The position numbers and the translations under genes were made by a program. A DNA stretch of 35,633 nucleotides from a candidate division WOR-3 bacterium (lineage in GTDB: Bacteria > Hydrothermota > Tepidihabitantia > Tepidihabitantales > Tepidihabitantaceae), in assembly GCA_965649205.1 (NCBI GenBank), contig CBFGJV010000022.1, positions 1 to 35,633 of the forward strand. The letters are read 5' to 3'. Below the pieces are notes generated by a model. The model did not search any database. It was not told the origin of the DNA and saw only the letters and a program-made list of their open reading frames with translations. Below, one piece after another: positions 23,916 to 33,700 of this stretch (position 1 is its first letter; every line of letters begins with the position of its first letter).

Positions 23916-25622
23916 TTGAGATACGCAAGGTTGAAGTTCGGTATTCTTCTAGCGGCGGTCCTGCTGGGCCTCTGGGCTCTGTACCCGACTTTTGAGTTCT
24001 ACTTTATGCTGCCCGGTCAGGAGCGGGCGCTGGCGGCGCGACTGGCTGCGGCTAGCACCAGAAGCGACAGTCTGCGGGTACAGGCAGACATTGCCAAGTT
24101 TCAGAGGCACAAGACAGCGGTGCATAAACGTTCCATCCATCTGGGGCTGGACCTGGTGGGTGGAATGCACCTTACGCTGGAGGTGGACAAGACTGAGTTG
24201 ACCGCGGAGCAGGCGCGGGATGCGGGTGATCGGGCTCTGGAGGTTATCCGTAACCGTATAGACCAGTTCGGCGTGTTTGAGCCGATTATTCAGAAGGTAG
24301 GACAGGACCGGATTCTGGTGCAGTTGCCGGGAGTGGACCGGGAGCGGGCCAAGGGCCTGATTGGCCAGACTGCCCAGCTTACCTTTCAACTGGTGGCAGA
24401 AGAGCGGATGATGTACGAGGCGCTGAAGGCGATGGATGAGAAGCTGGGCGCCGAGCCGCCAGTCGAAAGCACTCAGGCAGCGACACAAGAATCTGTGCCG
24501 CAGACGCAGCCTGTGGCAAAAGAAAGCGCAGGTGCGGACACAGGTTGGAAAAAGCGGGTGGGTGATACGGTAGCGGGCAGCCTGGAAAGCTATGTGATGC
24601 GGGTAGGCGGAGATTTTGCCGTGGAAGAGGCGGATTATCCGGAGTTTTCCGCTTTGCTGGAGCGGGCCCGGCCCTACTGGCCCAAGGATTATGAGTTCCT
24701 GTTCGGTCCGCTGGAGACTTATCAGGGCCGGGGCATACGGAGACTGTACCTGCTGAAGGCAGAGCCGGAGTTGCGCGGTTCGGCGATAAAGGACGCGCGG
24801 CCGGCGCCGTATCAGGGTTCAGAGCCGGGACTGGTCAACACCTGGATAGTGAGCCTGAAGCTGGAGCGCAAGGATGCGGCGGTATTTGCGCAGGTGACAG
24901 GCCGCAATATCGGCCGCCGGCTGGCCATAGTGCTGGACAAGGTGGTAAGGTCGGCGCCGGTGATTCAGACCCGGATTCCGGACGGCAACGCCATGATTAC
25001 CACGAATGAGATAAATCCGGACGAGGCGCGGGATCTGGCCATTGTGTTGCGTTCGGGCGCTCTGCCGGCGCCGGTGCAGATTGTAGAGGAGCGTTCGGTC
25101 GGACCTTCTCTAGGCAACGATTCTATCCGGCGGGGCATTCTGGCCGGGCTTATCGGCGCCCTGGCGGTGATGGTGTTTATGGTAATCTATTACTCGGTGG
25201 GCGGAGTGCTGGCAGATATGGCTCTGGTTTTCAACATCTTCTTCCTTTTGGCGGTTCTGGCCGGTCTGCGGGCGACACTCACCTTGCCGGGTCTGGCCGG
25301 CATTGCCCTCACCATAGGCATGGCGGTGGATGCGAACGTCTTGGTGTTTGAGCGCATCCGGGAGGAGTTGCGCTGGGGCAAGACGCCGCTGGCCGCGGTG
25401 GACTCCGGCTATGACCGGGCGCTGGTGACTATTATTGACGCCAACGTCACCACCGTTATCACGGCTATTGCCCTTTATTTCATCGGTTCCGGGCCGATAA
25501 GGGGGTTTGCCATAACGTTGATTGCGGGTCTGGTCATCAATGTTATTACCGCCGTGTTTTTGACCCGGTTCATCTTTGACTGGTGGCTGGCAAGGTTTGA
25601 GGTCAAGAAGCTGAGGATATAG
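23916..25622 (+). CDS. secD: Protein translocase subunit SecD
   Basis: LGLDLVGG, RNRIDQFGV.EP, RILVQLPG, LRSGALPAP, VGPSLG, TLPGLAG...IGMAVDANV..FERI, DANVTT. Confidence 0.97.
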   Translation: MRYARLKFGILLAAVLLGLWALYPTFEFYFMLPGQERALAARLAAASTRSDSLRVQADIAKFQRHKTAVHKRSIHLGLDLVGGMHLTLEVDKTELTAEQARDAGDRALEVIRNRIDQFGVFEPIIQKVGQDRILVQLPGVDRERAKGLIGQTAQLTFQLVAEERMMYEALKAMDEKLGAEPPVESTQAATQESVPQTQPVAKESAGADTGWKKRVGDTVAGSLESYVMRVGGDFAVEEADYPEFSALLERARPYWPKDYEFLFGPLETYQGRGIRRLYLLKAEPELRGSAIKDARPAPYQGSEPGLVNTWIVSLKLERKDAAVFAQVTGRNIGRRLAIVLDKVVRSAPVIQTRIPDGNAMITTNEINPDEARDLAIVLRSGALPAPVQIVEERSVGPSLGNDSIRRGILAGLIGALAVMVFMVIYYSVGGVLADMALVFNIFFLLAVLAGLRATLTLPGLAGIALTIGMAVDANVLVFERIREELRWGKTPLAAVDSGYDRALVTIIDANVTTVITAIALYFIGSGPIRGFAITLIAGLVINVITAVFLTRFIFDWWLARFEVKKLRI

Positions 25623-25624
25623 CC

Positions 25625-26530
25625 ATGAGACTTATAGGGGAAACACATATTCAGTTTGTCGGCCGGCGCCGATTGTTCTTTCTTATTTCCGGCATACTGG
25701 TTCTGGCCAGTATTGCGGTGATTATTATCAAGGGCGGTTTCAACTACGGCGTGGACTTTACAGGCGGGTCTTTGCTGCAGGTGCGTTTTGAAAAGCCGGT
25801 GCCCATAGATGCGGTGAGAAGCGCCTTGGCCGCCGCCGGCGAAGCGGGCGCAGCGATTCAGCGGGACGAATACGGCGATTTCCTCATCCGCGTGAAACCC
25901 AAGACCGATGCGGCAGGCACAGGTCTGACCGAAAGAGTGCGTCAGCAGTTTTCCCAGACCTTTCCCGGCATTGGCTTTGAGATATTGCGGGAAGAGACTG
26001 TGGGACCGCATATTTCCAAAGAACTGCAGGGCAAGGTGTTGCTGGCGGTGCTCATCGGTATGGTGGGCATACTAATATATGTTAGCTTCCGCTTCGATTT
26101 CCGGTTTGGAACCGGCGCGGTGCTGGCCTTGATTCACGACACTTTGATAACCCTCGGGCTGGTGTCTCTTTTCAACCGCGAGGTGACGATAACCACCATT
26201 GCCGCGCTTCTGACCATGATTGGCTACTCGGTCAACGACACCATTGTGGTGTCAGACCGCATCCGCGAAGACCTGAAGAAGATGCGCAAGGAGAAGTTTG
26301 CGGATATGGTGAACCTAGCCATCAATCAGGTGCTGAACCGGACCCTTGTAACCAGCGGCACTACCTTGTGCGTCACTCTGGCCCTTTTGCTGCTGGGTGC
26401 GGCGGCGATAAAGGATTTTGCCTTTGTGATGACGGTGGGTATCATCGTCGGCACCTACTCCTCCATCTTTGTGGTGGCCAATTCGGTGGTGGAGTGGGAG
26501 AATAAGTTTCCTTCCAAGCGGCGGGTGTAG
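25625..26530 (+). CDS. secF: Protein translocase subunit SecF
   Basis: GVDFTGG, VGP, IHD, IGYSVNDTIVVSDRIRE, GTYSSIF. Confidence 0.97.
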   Translation: MRLIGETHIQFVGRRRLFFLISGILVLASIAVIIIKGGFNYGVDFTGGSLLQVRFEKPVPIDAVRSALAAAGEAGAAIQRDEYGDFLIRVKPKTDAAGTGLTERVRQQFSQTFPGIGFEILREETVGPHISKELQGKVLLAVLIGMVGILIYVSFRFDFRFGTGAVLALIHDTLITLGLVSLFNREVTITTIAALLTMIGYSVNDTIVVSDRIREDLKKMRKEKFADMVNLAINQVLNRTLVTSGTTLCVTLALLLLGAAAIKDFAFVMTVGIIVGTYSSIFVVANSVVEWENKFPSKRRV

Positions 26531-26559
26531 GGAACGGCACGACCGTCAGGCAGACGGCA

Positions 26560-27054
26560 ATGGTCCGGTCGCGCTGGTTCTGGCTGCAGGCGCTGGTGGG
26601 TTCTGGCCTGTTTACCGGATATTTTCCCATAGCGCCTGCTACCGTGACCAGCTTTTTTGTGTTGCCTGCCGCTTACTTTCTCTCGCCGCATCCTCTGGAG
26701 CATGCGCTAGTGGTGCTGGCGGTGTTTTTTCTGGGCGTGCCGGTGGCTACGGCTTTGGAAAAAGAATGGGGTCACGACCCCGGCAGAGTGACTATAGACG
26801 AAATAGCCGGCACGTTGGTTACCTTCCTTTACATACCCGTTTCGCTCTGGGGACTTTTGCCCGGATTTCTGCTCTGGCGCTTCTTTGACATAGTGAAACT
26901 ACCCTTTATCCACAAGTCGCAAAGACTTCCAGGCGGCTGGGGGATTATGGTGGACGACCTTTTAGCCGGAATCTGCGCCAATACCGCCTTGCGGGTCTTT
27001 TTGTGGCTATTGCTTCGCTTCTGGCCGGTGGCAGGTATGAGGCTGGTGAGATGA
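26560..27054 (+). CDS. pgpA: Phosphatidylglycerophosphatase A
   Basis: [43 protein letters not shown]. Confidence 0.92.
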   Translation: MVRSRWFWLQALVGSGLFTGYFPIAPATVTSFFVLPAAYFLSPHPLEHALVVLAVFFLGVPVATALEKEWGHDPGRVTIDEIAGTLVTFLYIPVSLWGLLPGFLLWRFFDIVKLPFIHKSQRLPGGWGIMVDDLLAGICANTALRVFLWLLLRFWPVAGMRLVR

Positions 27055-27530
27055 GCGCAGAGCTAAAGTGCGTGCTTGGTGGTCAGGGTCTTACTCTGGC
27101 CACGGCTGAATCCTGCACTGGCGGCCTGGTTGGCGCCATGATTACCGATGTGGCTGGCAGTTTGGCTTATTACTTGGGCGGGGTGGTGGCGTATGCTAAC
27201 GAAGCAAAGGTAAAGCTTCTGGGCGTGAAGCCGGAGACTCTGCGGCGCTACGGCGCGGTAAGTGCCCAGACCGCCATAGAGATGGCAAAGGGCGTGCGCC
27301 GGTGCTTGGGCGCAGACATAGGCGTGGCAACCACCGGCATAGCCGGGCCCACAGGAGGGAGCAGGAAAAAACCGGTAGGTCTGGTATTCATAGCCGTAGC
27401 CACAGGCAGAAAACTCGGTAACCGGGTGGTGGTGCGGGAGTGTAGATTTCAGGGCGGCAGAAAGTCTAACCGCACTCAGGCTGCGCTTGCGGCGCTGGAA
27501 ATGGTGGTAGAGGTGGCGAACGAACGATGA
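27051..27530 (+). CDS. cinA: CinA C-terminal domain protein (NMN deamidase, PncC-like)
   Basis: [29 protein letters not shown]...KPVGLVFI. Start ATG 27051 overlaps the pgpA stop (ATGA). Confidence 0.88.
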   Translation: MSAELKCVLGGQGLTLATAESCTGGLVGAMITDVAGSLAYYLGGVVAYANEAKVKLLGVKPETLRRYGAVSAQTAIEMAKGVRRCLGADIGVATTGIAGPTGGSRKKPVGLVFIAVATGRKLGNRVVVRECRFQGGRKSNRTQAALAALEMVVEVANER

Positions 27531-28084
27531 GAGCTTTTGTGGCGGTGGAGATAAGCGAGCCGGTGCGAGAACAGGTCAGAGAGCTTCTTTCTCGGCTGCA
27601 GCAGGCTAAGGTTCGCTGGGTGAAGCCGGAACAGATGCACCTCACGCTGGCTTTTCTGGGCGAGGTTTCCGAGGAGTTCATCGGCGCGGCCGGGGACAGG
27701 CTGAATGCGGCTGCCTGCGCGCAAAGGTCGTTTTCCTGTCGGCTGGCAGGTTTGGGAGCGTTTCCCAGCCCGGCGCGGGCGCGGGTAGTCTGGATAGGAA
27801 TAGAGGAAGGAAAAGAGGAATTGAAACGGCTGCAGGCAGTGGTGGTACAGGAACTGAGCAAATTGGGCTACACTCCGGAAAAAAGGCCGTTCAGCCCTCA
27901 CCTCACTCTGGGCAGACTCAAGTTTCCGCAGGACCTGCGCAATCTGTGTCAGACCGGGTTCGGAAGCCAGTTGTTCGAGGTCGGTAAGGTAGTACTGTTT
28001 CAAAGCATTCTGCGGCCAGAAGGGCCGGAATATCGCCGATTGACCGAGGTCCGGCTCGGAACCGGGCAGGCAGAGCTGGCTTGA
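27527..28084 (+). CDS. thpR: RNA 2',3'-cyclic phosphodiesterase (2H family)
   Basis: MRAFVAV; two HxT motifs ([15 protein letters not shown]); GAFP...RVVW. Confidence 0.93.
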   Translation: MRAFVAVEISEPVREQVRELLSRLQQAKVRWVKPEQMHLTLAFLGEVSEEFIGAAGDRLNAAACAQRSFSCRLAGLGAFPSPARARVVWIGIEEGKEELKRLQAVVVQELSKLGYTPEKRPFSPHLTLGRLKFPQDLRNLCQTGFGSQLFEVGKVVLFQSILRPEGPEYRRLTEVRLGTGQAELA

Positions 28085-28108
28085 CCAGACCGGGGACTTG
28101 ACTATAGT
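28081..28108 (+). promoter_or_regulatory. Putative sigma70 promoter of the nfeD-SPFH pair
   Basis: TTGACC, 16 nt, TATAGT, followed by SD AAGGAGG. Confidence 0.5.
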
Positions 28109-28125
28109 GAATAAGGAGGTACGCA

Positions 28126-28569
28126 ATGCTTAAACCCTCGCCCGTGTTCTGGATTGTGGCCGGGCTGGTGATTGCGGCCCTGGAAATGGTGGTGCCGGGC
28201 TTTTTTATTATCTGGTTTGGGGTGGCGGCGGTGGTTACTGGCATTCTGGCTTTCTTTATTTCCAATCAGTGGGCCCAGTTTGGCATTTTTCTGGTTCTGT
28301 CTGCCGTGCTGATTGTTTTTTCGCGGCTGATAGCGGGGAAGCTGACGAGACCCGAGCCGGAGCCGGTTGGTTCCATGCGTCTGGACGGCGTGGAGGGCAT
28401 AGTGCTGAAGGCTATTGAACCGGCCAATCCCGGCCGGGTAAAAGTCATAGGCGAAGAATGGCGGGCCGAAGCGGAAAAACCCATACCCGCGGGAGCAAGG
28501 GTAAGAGTTATCAAAGTAGAAGGCACGCGGGTGATAGTTGAGGAAGTGAGTGAAAGGAGCGGAAAATGA
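28126..28569 (+). CDS. NfeD-family (YbbJ-like) membrane protein
   Basis: W.....LEM..PGFF..WFG TM region; OB-fold [12 protein letters not shown]...G.RV.V..VEG. Confidence 0.9.
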   Translation: MLKPSPVFWIVAGLVIAALEMVVPGFFIIWFGVAAVVTGILAFFISNQWAQFGIFLVLSAVLIVFSRLIAGKLTRPEPEPVGSMRLDGVEGIVLKAIEPANPGRVKVIGEEWRAEAEKPIPAGARVRVIKVEGTRVIVEEVSERSGK

Positions 28570-29486
28570 CCGCACTGATAATAGTCCTTTTTGTTTTTCT
28601 GTTGTTTCTTGCCCTTCTGGGCATCAAGATAGTCAGGCCTTACCAGCGGGCGTGCGTGGAACGCCTGGGCAAATATCAGCGCACGGTGCAACCTGGGCTC
28701 AACTTCATTCTGCCTTTCATTGAGAGAATGATAAAGGTGGATATGCGCGAACAAGTGGTAGATGTGCCGCCGCAGGAGGTAATCACTAAGGACAATGCCA
28801 CAGTGACGGTAGATGCCATTGTGTATTACGAGGTTACAGACCCGGTAAAGGTGCTGTACAATGTGGCAAACTTTCGACTGGCTACCATCAAGCTGGCGCA
28901 GACCAACCTCCGTAATGTGGTGGGCGATTTGACCCTAGACGAGTCTCTGACCTCCCGGGAGAAGATAAACGCCAAACTCCGGGATGTGCTGGACGAGGCG
29001 ACAGACAAATGGGGGGCAAAGGTCACGCGGGTGGAACTCCAGCGCATTGAGCCGCCCGGAGATGTAACCGAGGCTATGCACCGGCAGATGAAGGCGGAGC
29101 GCGACCGCCGGGCTCTGGTGCTGGAAGCCGAGGGCGTACGTCAAGCGGCGATCCTCAAAGCCGAAGGAGAAAAGCAGTCCCGCATCCTGCAGGCTGAGGG
29201 TCAGGCTCAGGCGATTCAGAAGGTTGCCGAGGCGGAAAGGTTCAAGCTCATCACTGTGGCCGAAGGAGAAGGTCAGGCTATAGAGCGCGTGTACGCCGCC
29301 ATTCACAAGGGCAATCCCACCAAAGACCTGATTACCATCAAATACCTGGAGGCGCTGGCCAAGATGGCTGAGGGTCAGGCCACAAAGCTGTTCATACCCT
29401 ACGAGGCGGCGGGCATACTGTCCGCGGTATCGGTAATTGCCGAGGCTTTGAAGGACAGGGAGACAGCCCAGAAATCTAAGGAATAA
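28566..29486 (+). CDS. SPFH/band 7 (QmcA/stomatin-like) protein
   Basis: [43 protein letters not shown]. Confidence 0.93.
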   Translation: MTALIIVLFVFLLFLALLGIKIVRPYQRACVERLGKYQRTVQPGLNFILPFIERMIKVDMREQVVDVPPQEVITKDNATVTVDAIVYYEVTDPVKVLYNVANFRLATIKLAQTNLRNVVGDLTLDESLTSREKINAKLRDVLDEATDKWGAKVTRVELQRIEPPGDVTEAMHRQMKAERDRRALVLEAEGVRQAAILKAEGEKQSRILQAEGQAQAIQKVAEAERFKLITVAEGEGQAIERVYAAIHKGNPTKDLITIKYLEALAKMAEGQATKLFIPYEAAGILSAVSVIAEALKDRETAQKSKE

Positions 29487-29523
29487 CCTCGCCGGGTAAC
29501 ATAGACGCAGCAGACTGGATACG

Positions 29524-30501
29524 GTGATACCATCAACTCTGGGTTTTCTGGCCTGCACGGTAGCTATCCTCTGGGCCGGCACGCGGCTGGCGCACTATGC
29601 GGACATAATAGCTCACCGCAGCGGTCTAGGTCATGTGTGGGCCGGCACAATGCTTCTGGCCCTGACCACCTCTCTGCCTGAGCTTTTCAACGGTATCAGC
29701 GCCGGAGCGCAGAACTTGCCTGACATAGCCGTAGGCTGTGTGGCCGGCTCCAACTTGTTCAATCTGGCCATACTGGGCTGTCTGGACTGGTACTGTCGGC
29801 AAGAGACCTGCCTACGCCAGCTGCATCGTTTTCACAGCCGGACTGTTTTCTATGTCATACTTATGTCTGGACTGGCTATTGTCGGTATTCTGTTGGGCGC
29901 ACAGCTGCCTGTCTTCTGCCGAGTATCGCCGATAAGCATAGTTATGATTGCCATTTATTTCATTCTGCTGCGCGGGGCGCGAGGCACGGCAGACGACTGG
30001 ATTCCCTCTGCTTCAACCGAGCAGATGGTAAAACTCAGTGCTGCGGTTTTCCGTTTTCTTCTGCTGGCGGCTGTGGTGATTACCGCGGCTGTGCTTCTGC
30101 CCGGTTTTGCTTCGCGATTGGCAACTGCCACGGGTCTGGGCGACACCTTTATCGGCGCCACTCTGGTAGCTGCGGTCACTTCTCTGCCCGAGGCGGTAAC
30201 AGCGATTGCCGCGGTGCGCATGGGAGCGATGGAGATGGCTGCGGGCGACATCCTCGGTTCCAATGTATTCAACCTTACCATCACCGGTTTTGCCGACCTG
30301 GCCCATAGACAGGGCAGTTTGTACGCGGGAGCAAGGCAGGAGCATATCATAACTCTGGTAGCCGGCATTATCGTGGTAGCGCTTTTCCTTCTGGTATTGC
30401 GCAATACCCCCCGGCGCCGGTTTCTGCGGCTTACCTGGTTTGGCTGGGTGGCTCTGCTCAGCTGGCTGGGTGTATCTTTTCTGCTCTATGTCCGCCGTTA
30501 G
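29524..30501 (+). CDS. Sodium:calcium antiporter (CaCA family)
   Basis: Two alpha repeats: TTSLPEL...GSNLFN and VTSLPEA...GSNVFN. Confidence 0.9.
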   Translation: MIPSTLGFLACTVAILWAGTRLAHYADIIAHRSGLGHVWAGTMLLALTTSLPELFNGISAGAQNLPDIAVGCVAGSNLFNLAILGCLDWYCRQETCLRQLHRFHSRTVFYVILMSGLAIVGILLGAQLPVFCRVSPISIVMIAIYFILLRGARGTADDWIPSASTEQMVKLSAAVFRFLLLAAVVITAAVLLPGFASRLATATGLGDTFIGATLVAAVTSLPEAVTAIAAVRMGAMEMAAGDILGSNVFNLTITGFADLAHRQGSLYAGARQEHIITLVAGIIVVALFLLVLRNTPRRRFLRLTWFGWVALLSWLGVSFLLYVRR

Positions 30502-30522
30502 GTATTCAGACGAAAATTTTAC

Positions 30523-30550
30523 TTGACACCGGCTTCTGGGGGGGTATAAA
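30523..30550 (+). promoter_or_regulatory. Putative sigma70 promoter of the giant surface protein, with a G7 run in the spacer
   Basis: TTGACA (30523-30528), 16 nt including G7 at 30538-30544, TATAAA. Alternative -10 TAAATT at 18 nt spacing. Confidence 0.5.
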
Positions 30551-30756
30551 TTATATTGGTTACATAAGCGCCATGGCACGAGGCGCTTTGCCTAGCCCGA
30601 AAACCGGAGTCCGGCAAGCGCACACGGCTACAAAGCCGTTTGTTCTATGTCCGGTCTCCTGCGGGTGAACAGCGTTAAGGAATACGTGCCGGAGAGAGAG
30701 CAGGAAACACAAGCAATATGGCCTGCAGAGATAGAAAATATCAACAGGAGGTTCGG

Positions 30757-33700
30757 ATGTCGAGACAAAGTCTCGCCGCAGTCCTCATCGGTCTGTTTGC
30801 AGTTGGCCTGGTTTTCACTGTCCAGGCAGCAGTTTTTACCAGCGTACAAGACGGTTCATGGCAGGATGGCGCAACCTGGGACCAGGCTGGGGCTACCCCT
30901 GGTGCCAGTGACGACGTGGTCATAAACCACGCGGTCACTACCAGCGCCAATATCACCATAACCGGAGTTACCATCAACTCGGGCGGGAGTCTTGCCCTGG
31001 GCACCTATACCTTGACCGCAACTGGTGCTTTTGTGGTTGATGGGGCTATTACCGGTACCGGTCTCATCACTCTGAGCGGTACCGCAAATGTGGGTGGCGC
31101 CGGCACTATTGCCGGGCCTGTGTCTTTCACAGGTTCCCGCACCATTCTGGCTACCACCGCCCTTACTATCGGCGGCAAGGTCACCACTTCTGTGGCTCTG
31201 ACGATTCCGGCTGGTGCCAGCTTGACAATAGGTGGGGGCATTGATATTGCCGGCACGGTCACGATTACCAACAACGGCACAGTGGATGTGACCGGGAGCA
31301 TTGAGCGTACCAGCACCTACACACCTACTTGGACTCAGGGTAACAACTCTGTATTGAAAGTGTCCGGCAGTTTACTTTCAGCTGCAGGAACCTTGAATGC
31401 TACAGCCAACGGCAATCTGGTGGAATACAAGGGTGCGGCTCAGACGGTCAAGAGCAACAACTACTGGCATCTTACACTTTCGGGCAGCGGTACTAAGACT
31501 CTGCAGAGCGGGACGACTTCCATATCCGGCAACCTTGTACTCGCCGGCACTTGTAATACAACAACTCCCACTACGACTGGCTTGACAATCGGCGGCAACC
31601 TTGTGGTGGGCAGCGGTACTACTTTCAACATTAATTATACAAGCGCTGTTACTTTCACTGTAACCGGCACCACCACGGTTGGCGGCAACCTCGTTTTCCA
31701 GAGTACCACCGGCACCAAGATATTCGCCGGTCTGGTCACGATAGAGAATGGCGGTGTGTGGAACAATAGCATAAACAGCGCGGTCACTTTCCGCGGCGGC
31801 ATTACCAACAACGGCACTTTCACCGCGGGCACCGGCACGCACACCTTTGCTACGAACGATCAGATTCTTACCGGAACCTTTGTCATTCCCAATATCACGG
31901 TCACCGTCATAACTCTGACAAACAAAGGTTCTGTCCTCTGTGCTACGAGTCTGGGCGGAACCGGCACTTTCCTCAATGATGAAAACGCCACTCTGGAAGT
32001 GAGAATGGCCACGGTGGGTGTTACGAACCTGAACGCGGGCGCCACCGGAAATACAGTTATCTACAGTGGAACTGCGGCGCAGACCATAAAGGTACCGGTA
32101 GCGAACACTTACCATAATCTTAGAATCAGCACCAGCTCCGGTATCGCGGCCACTGCGGGTGGAGCGTTTGCCATAAACGGCAACCTTCTGGTTACGAGTG
32201 GTATCTTTGCCGACGGCGGATATACGATTACAGGAAACTCTACCGGTACTCTGCAGGTTAACGCAGGGGCGGAGATCAGGTTCGGCGCAGGCGGTGCAAC
32301 TACGACAGATTTCCCGGCTAACTTCACTTCTGACAACATCATTCTCCAGCCTGGCAGCACGGTGCACTACAACCAGACCAGCAACATGACCCTTTCCGGA
32401 GTGAAGACCACCTTCCATCATCTTACTTTCTCCGCAGCCGGGACGCGGACTTTACCAGCGAATATCACGGTCAACGGCAATCTGACTCTGAACGCCGGCA
32501 CGCTGAATGACGGCGGCTATACCCTTGAGGTTCGGGGCAACATTACGAACTCTGGCACGATAACCGGTTCCGGCTCAGGCAAGGTACTTCTTGCCAACGG
32601 CACCGCCGTGCACACCCTTTCCGGCACCGGTTCGTATCGGAACCTGGAACTGAACGACCCCCTGGGCGCGAACATGGGTGCTGCGTTTACCATCAATGGC
32701 AATCTGACCATTACTTCCGGCCAGTTTGCCACCGGCACCTATGCCATTACTGTCAATGGCGTGACTACCACAGTCGCCGGCACGACGCCCGGTATCTTCC
32801 TGGCTAACGGTGCTGTGACTGGTACCCGGGCGTTCAATGGCGGTATCGTGAACGGCGGTCAGTTCAACATTACTACGGGAACAGCGACCACCTTTAGCAC
32901 CAGCGACCTCACCAGCACTGGCGTCTGGAACAATGCGATAAACCAGCCTATCACCATCTCCGGCAATCTAAGCGTCACGGGCGGCACCTTTACTGCAGGC
33001 ACGGGTACTTACACGATGAGTGGAAACAACAAGACGATTCAAGGCACTTTGGCCATTCCTAACCTCACCATATCTGCCGGCACAGTTTATAACCTTGGTA
33101 CCCTTACCAGCACGGGTACGATTTCGCTTTCTGCTGCTGCGTCCAAACTGGTCAATAATGGCGTAATCACTGCCGCGGCGATTACAGGCGGTGCGGCCGG
33201 TTCTACCTTTGAGAATGCCCAGGACGCTACCTTGAATATCAGAGGCGCCCTTTTGGCTACCGGTACGCTGATAGCGAATGCACCGGGCAACACCATAGAA
33301 TACAACGGTACTGCGGCTCAGACGGCCAAGCTGCCAACTCCGGCAGTGTATCACAACCTGCTGGTGAACAACACCACTACCGTCACGATGGGCGGAGCGG
33401 TAACTGTGAACGGCGACCTGACGGTGAACAGCGGTACGCTGTCGGACGGAGCCTACCAGATTACCGGCACCAGCACTGGCACGCTCACTGTTGCCAACGG
33501 CGCTACTCTGCAGATTGGAGCGGGTGGAGCCACTGTTACAAGTTTCCCCACAACCTTCGGTACCATAACGCTTGGCGCCACCAGTACAGTTAATTACAAC
33601 TACACAGAAGCCGGTTCTGTATCGCACGTTCCAACTTACGGCCACTTGACCGTGACCGGTGCTTCGACTAAGACCGCAACTGGCGACATCACGGTGGTCG

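Noticed and set aside
30555..30756. Known riboswitch (c-di-GMP, cobalamin, c-di-AMP) in the giant-gene leader
   Set aside because: I could not find the conserved core motifs of those families; kept only as an unassigned structured leader.
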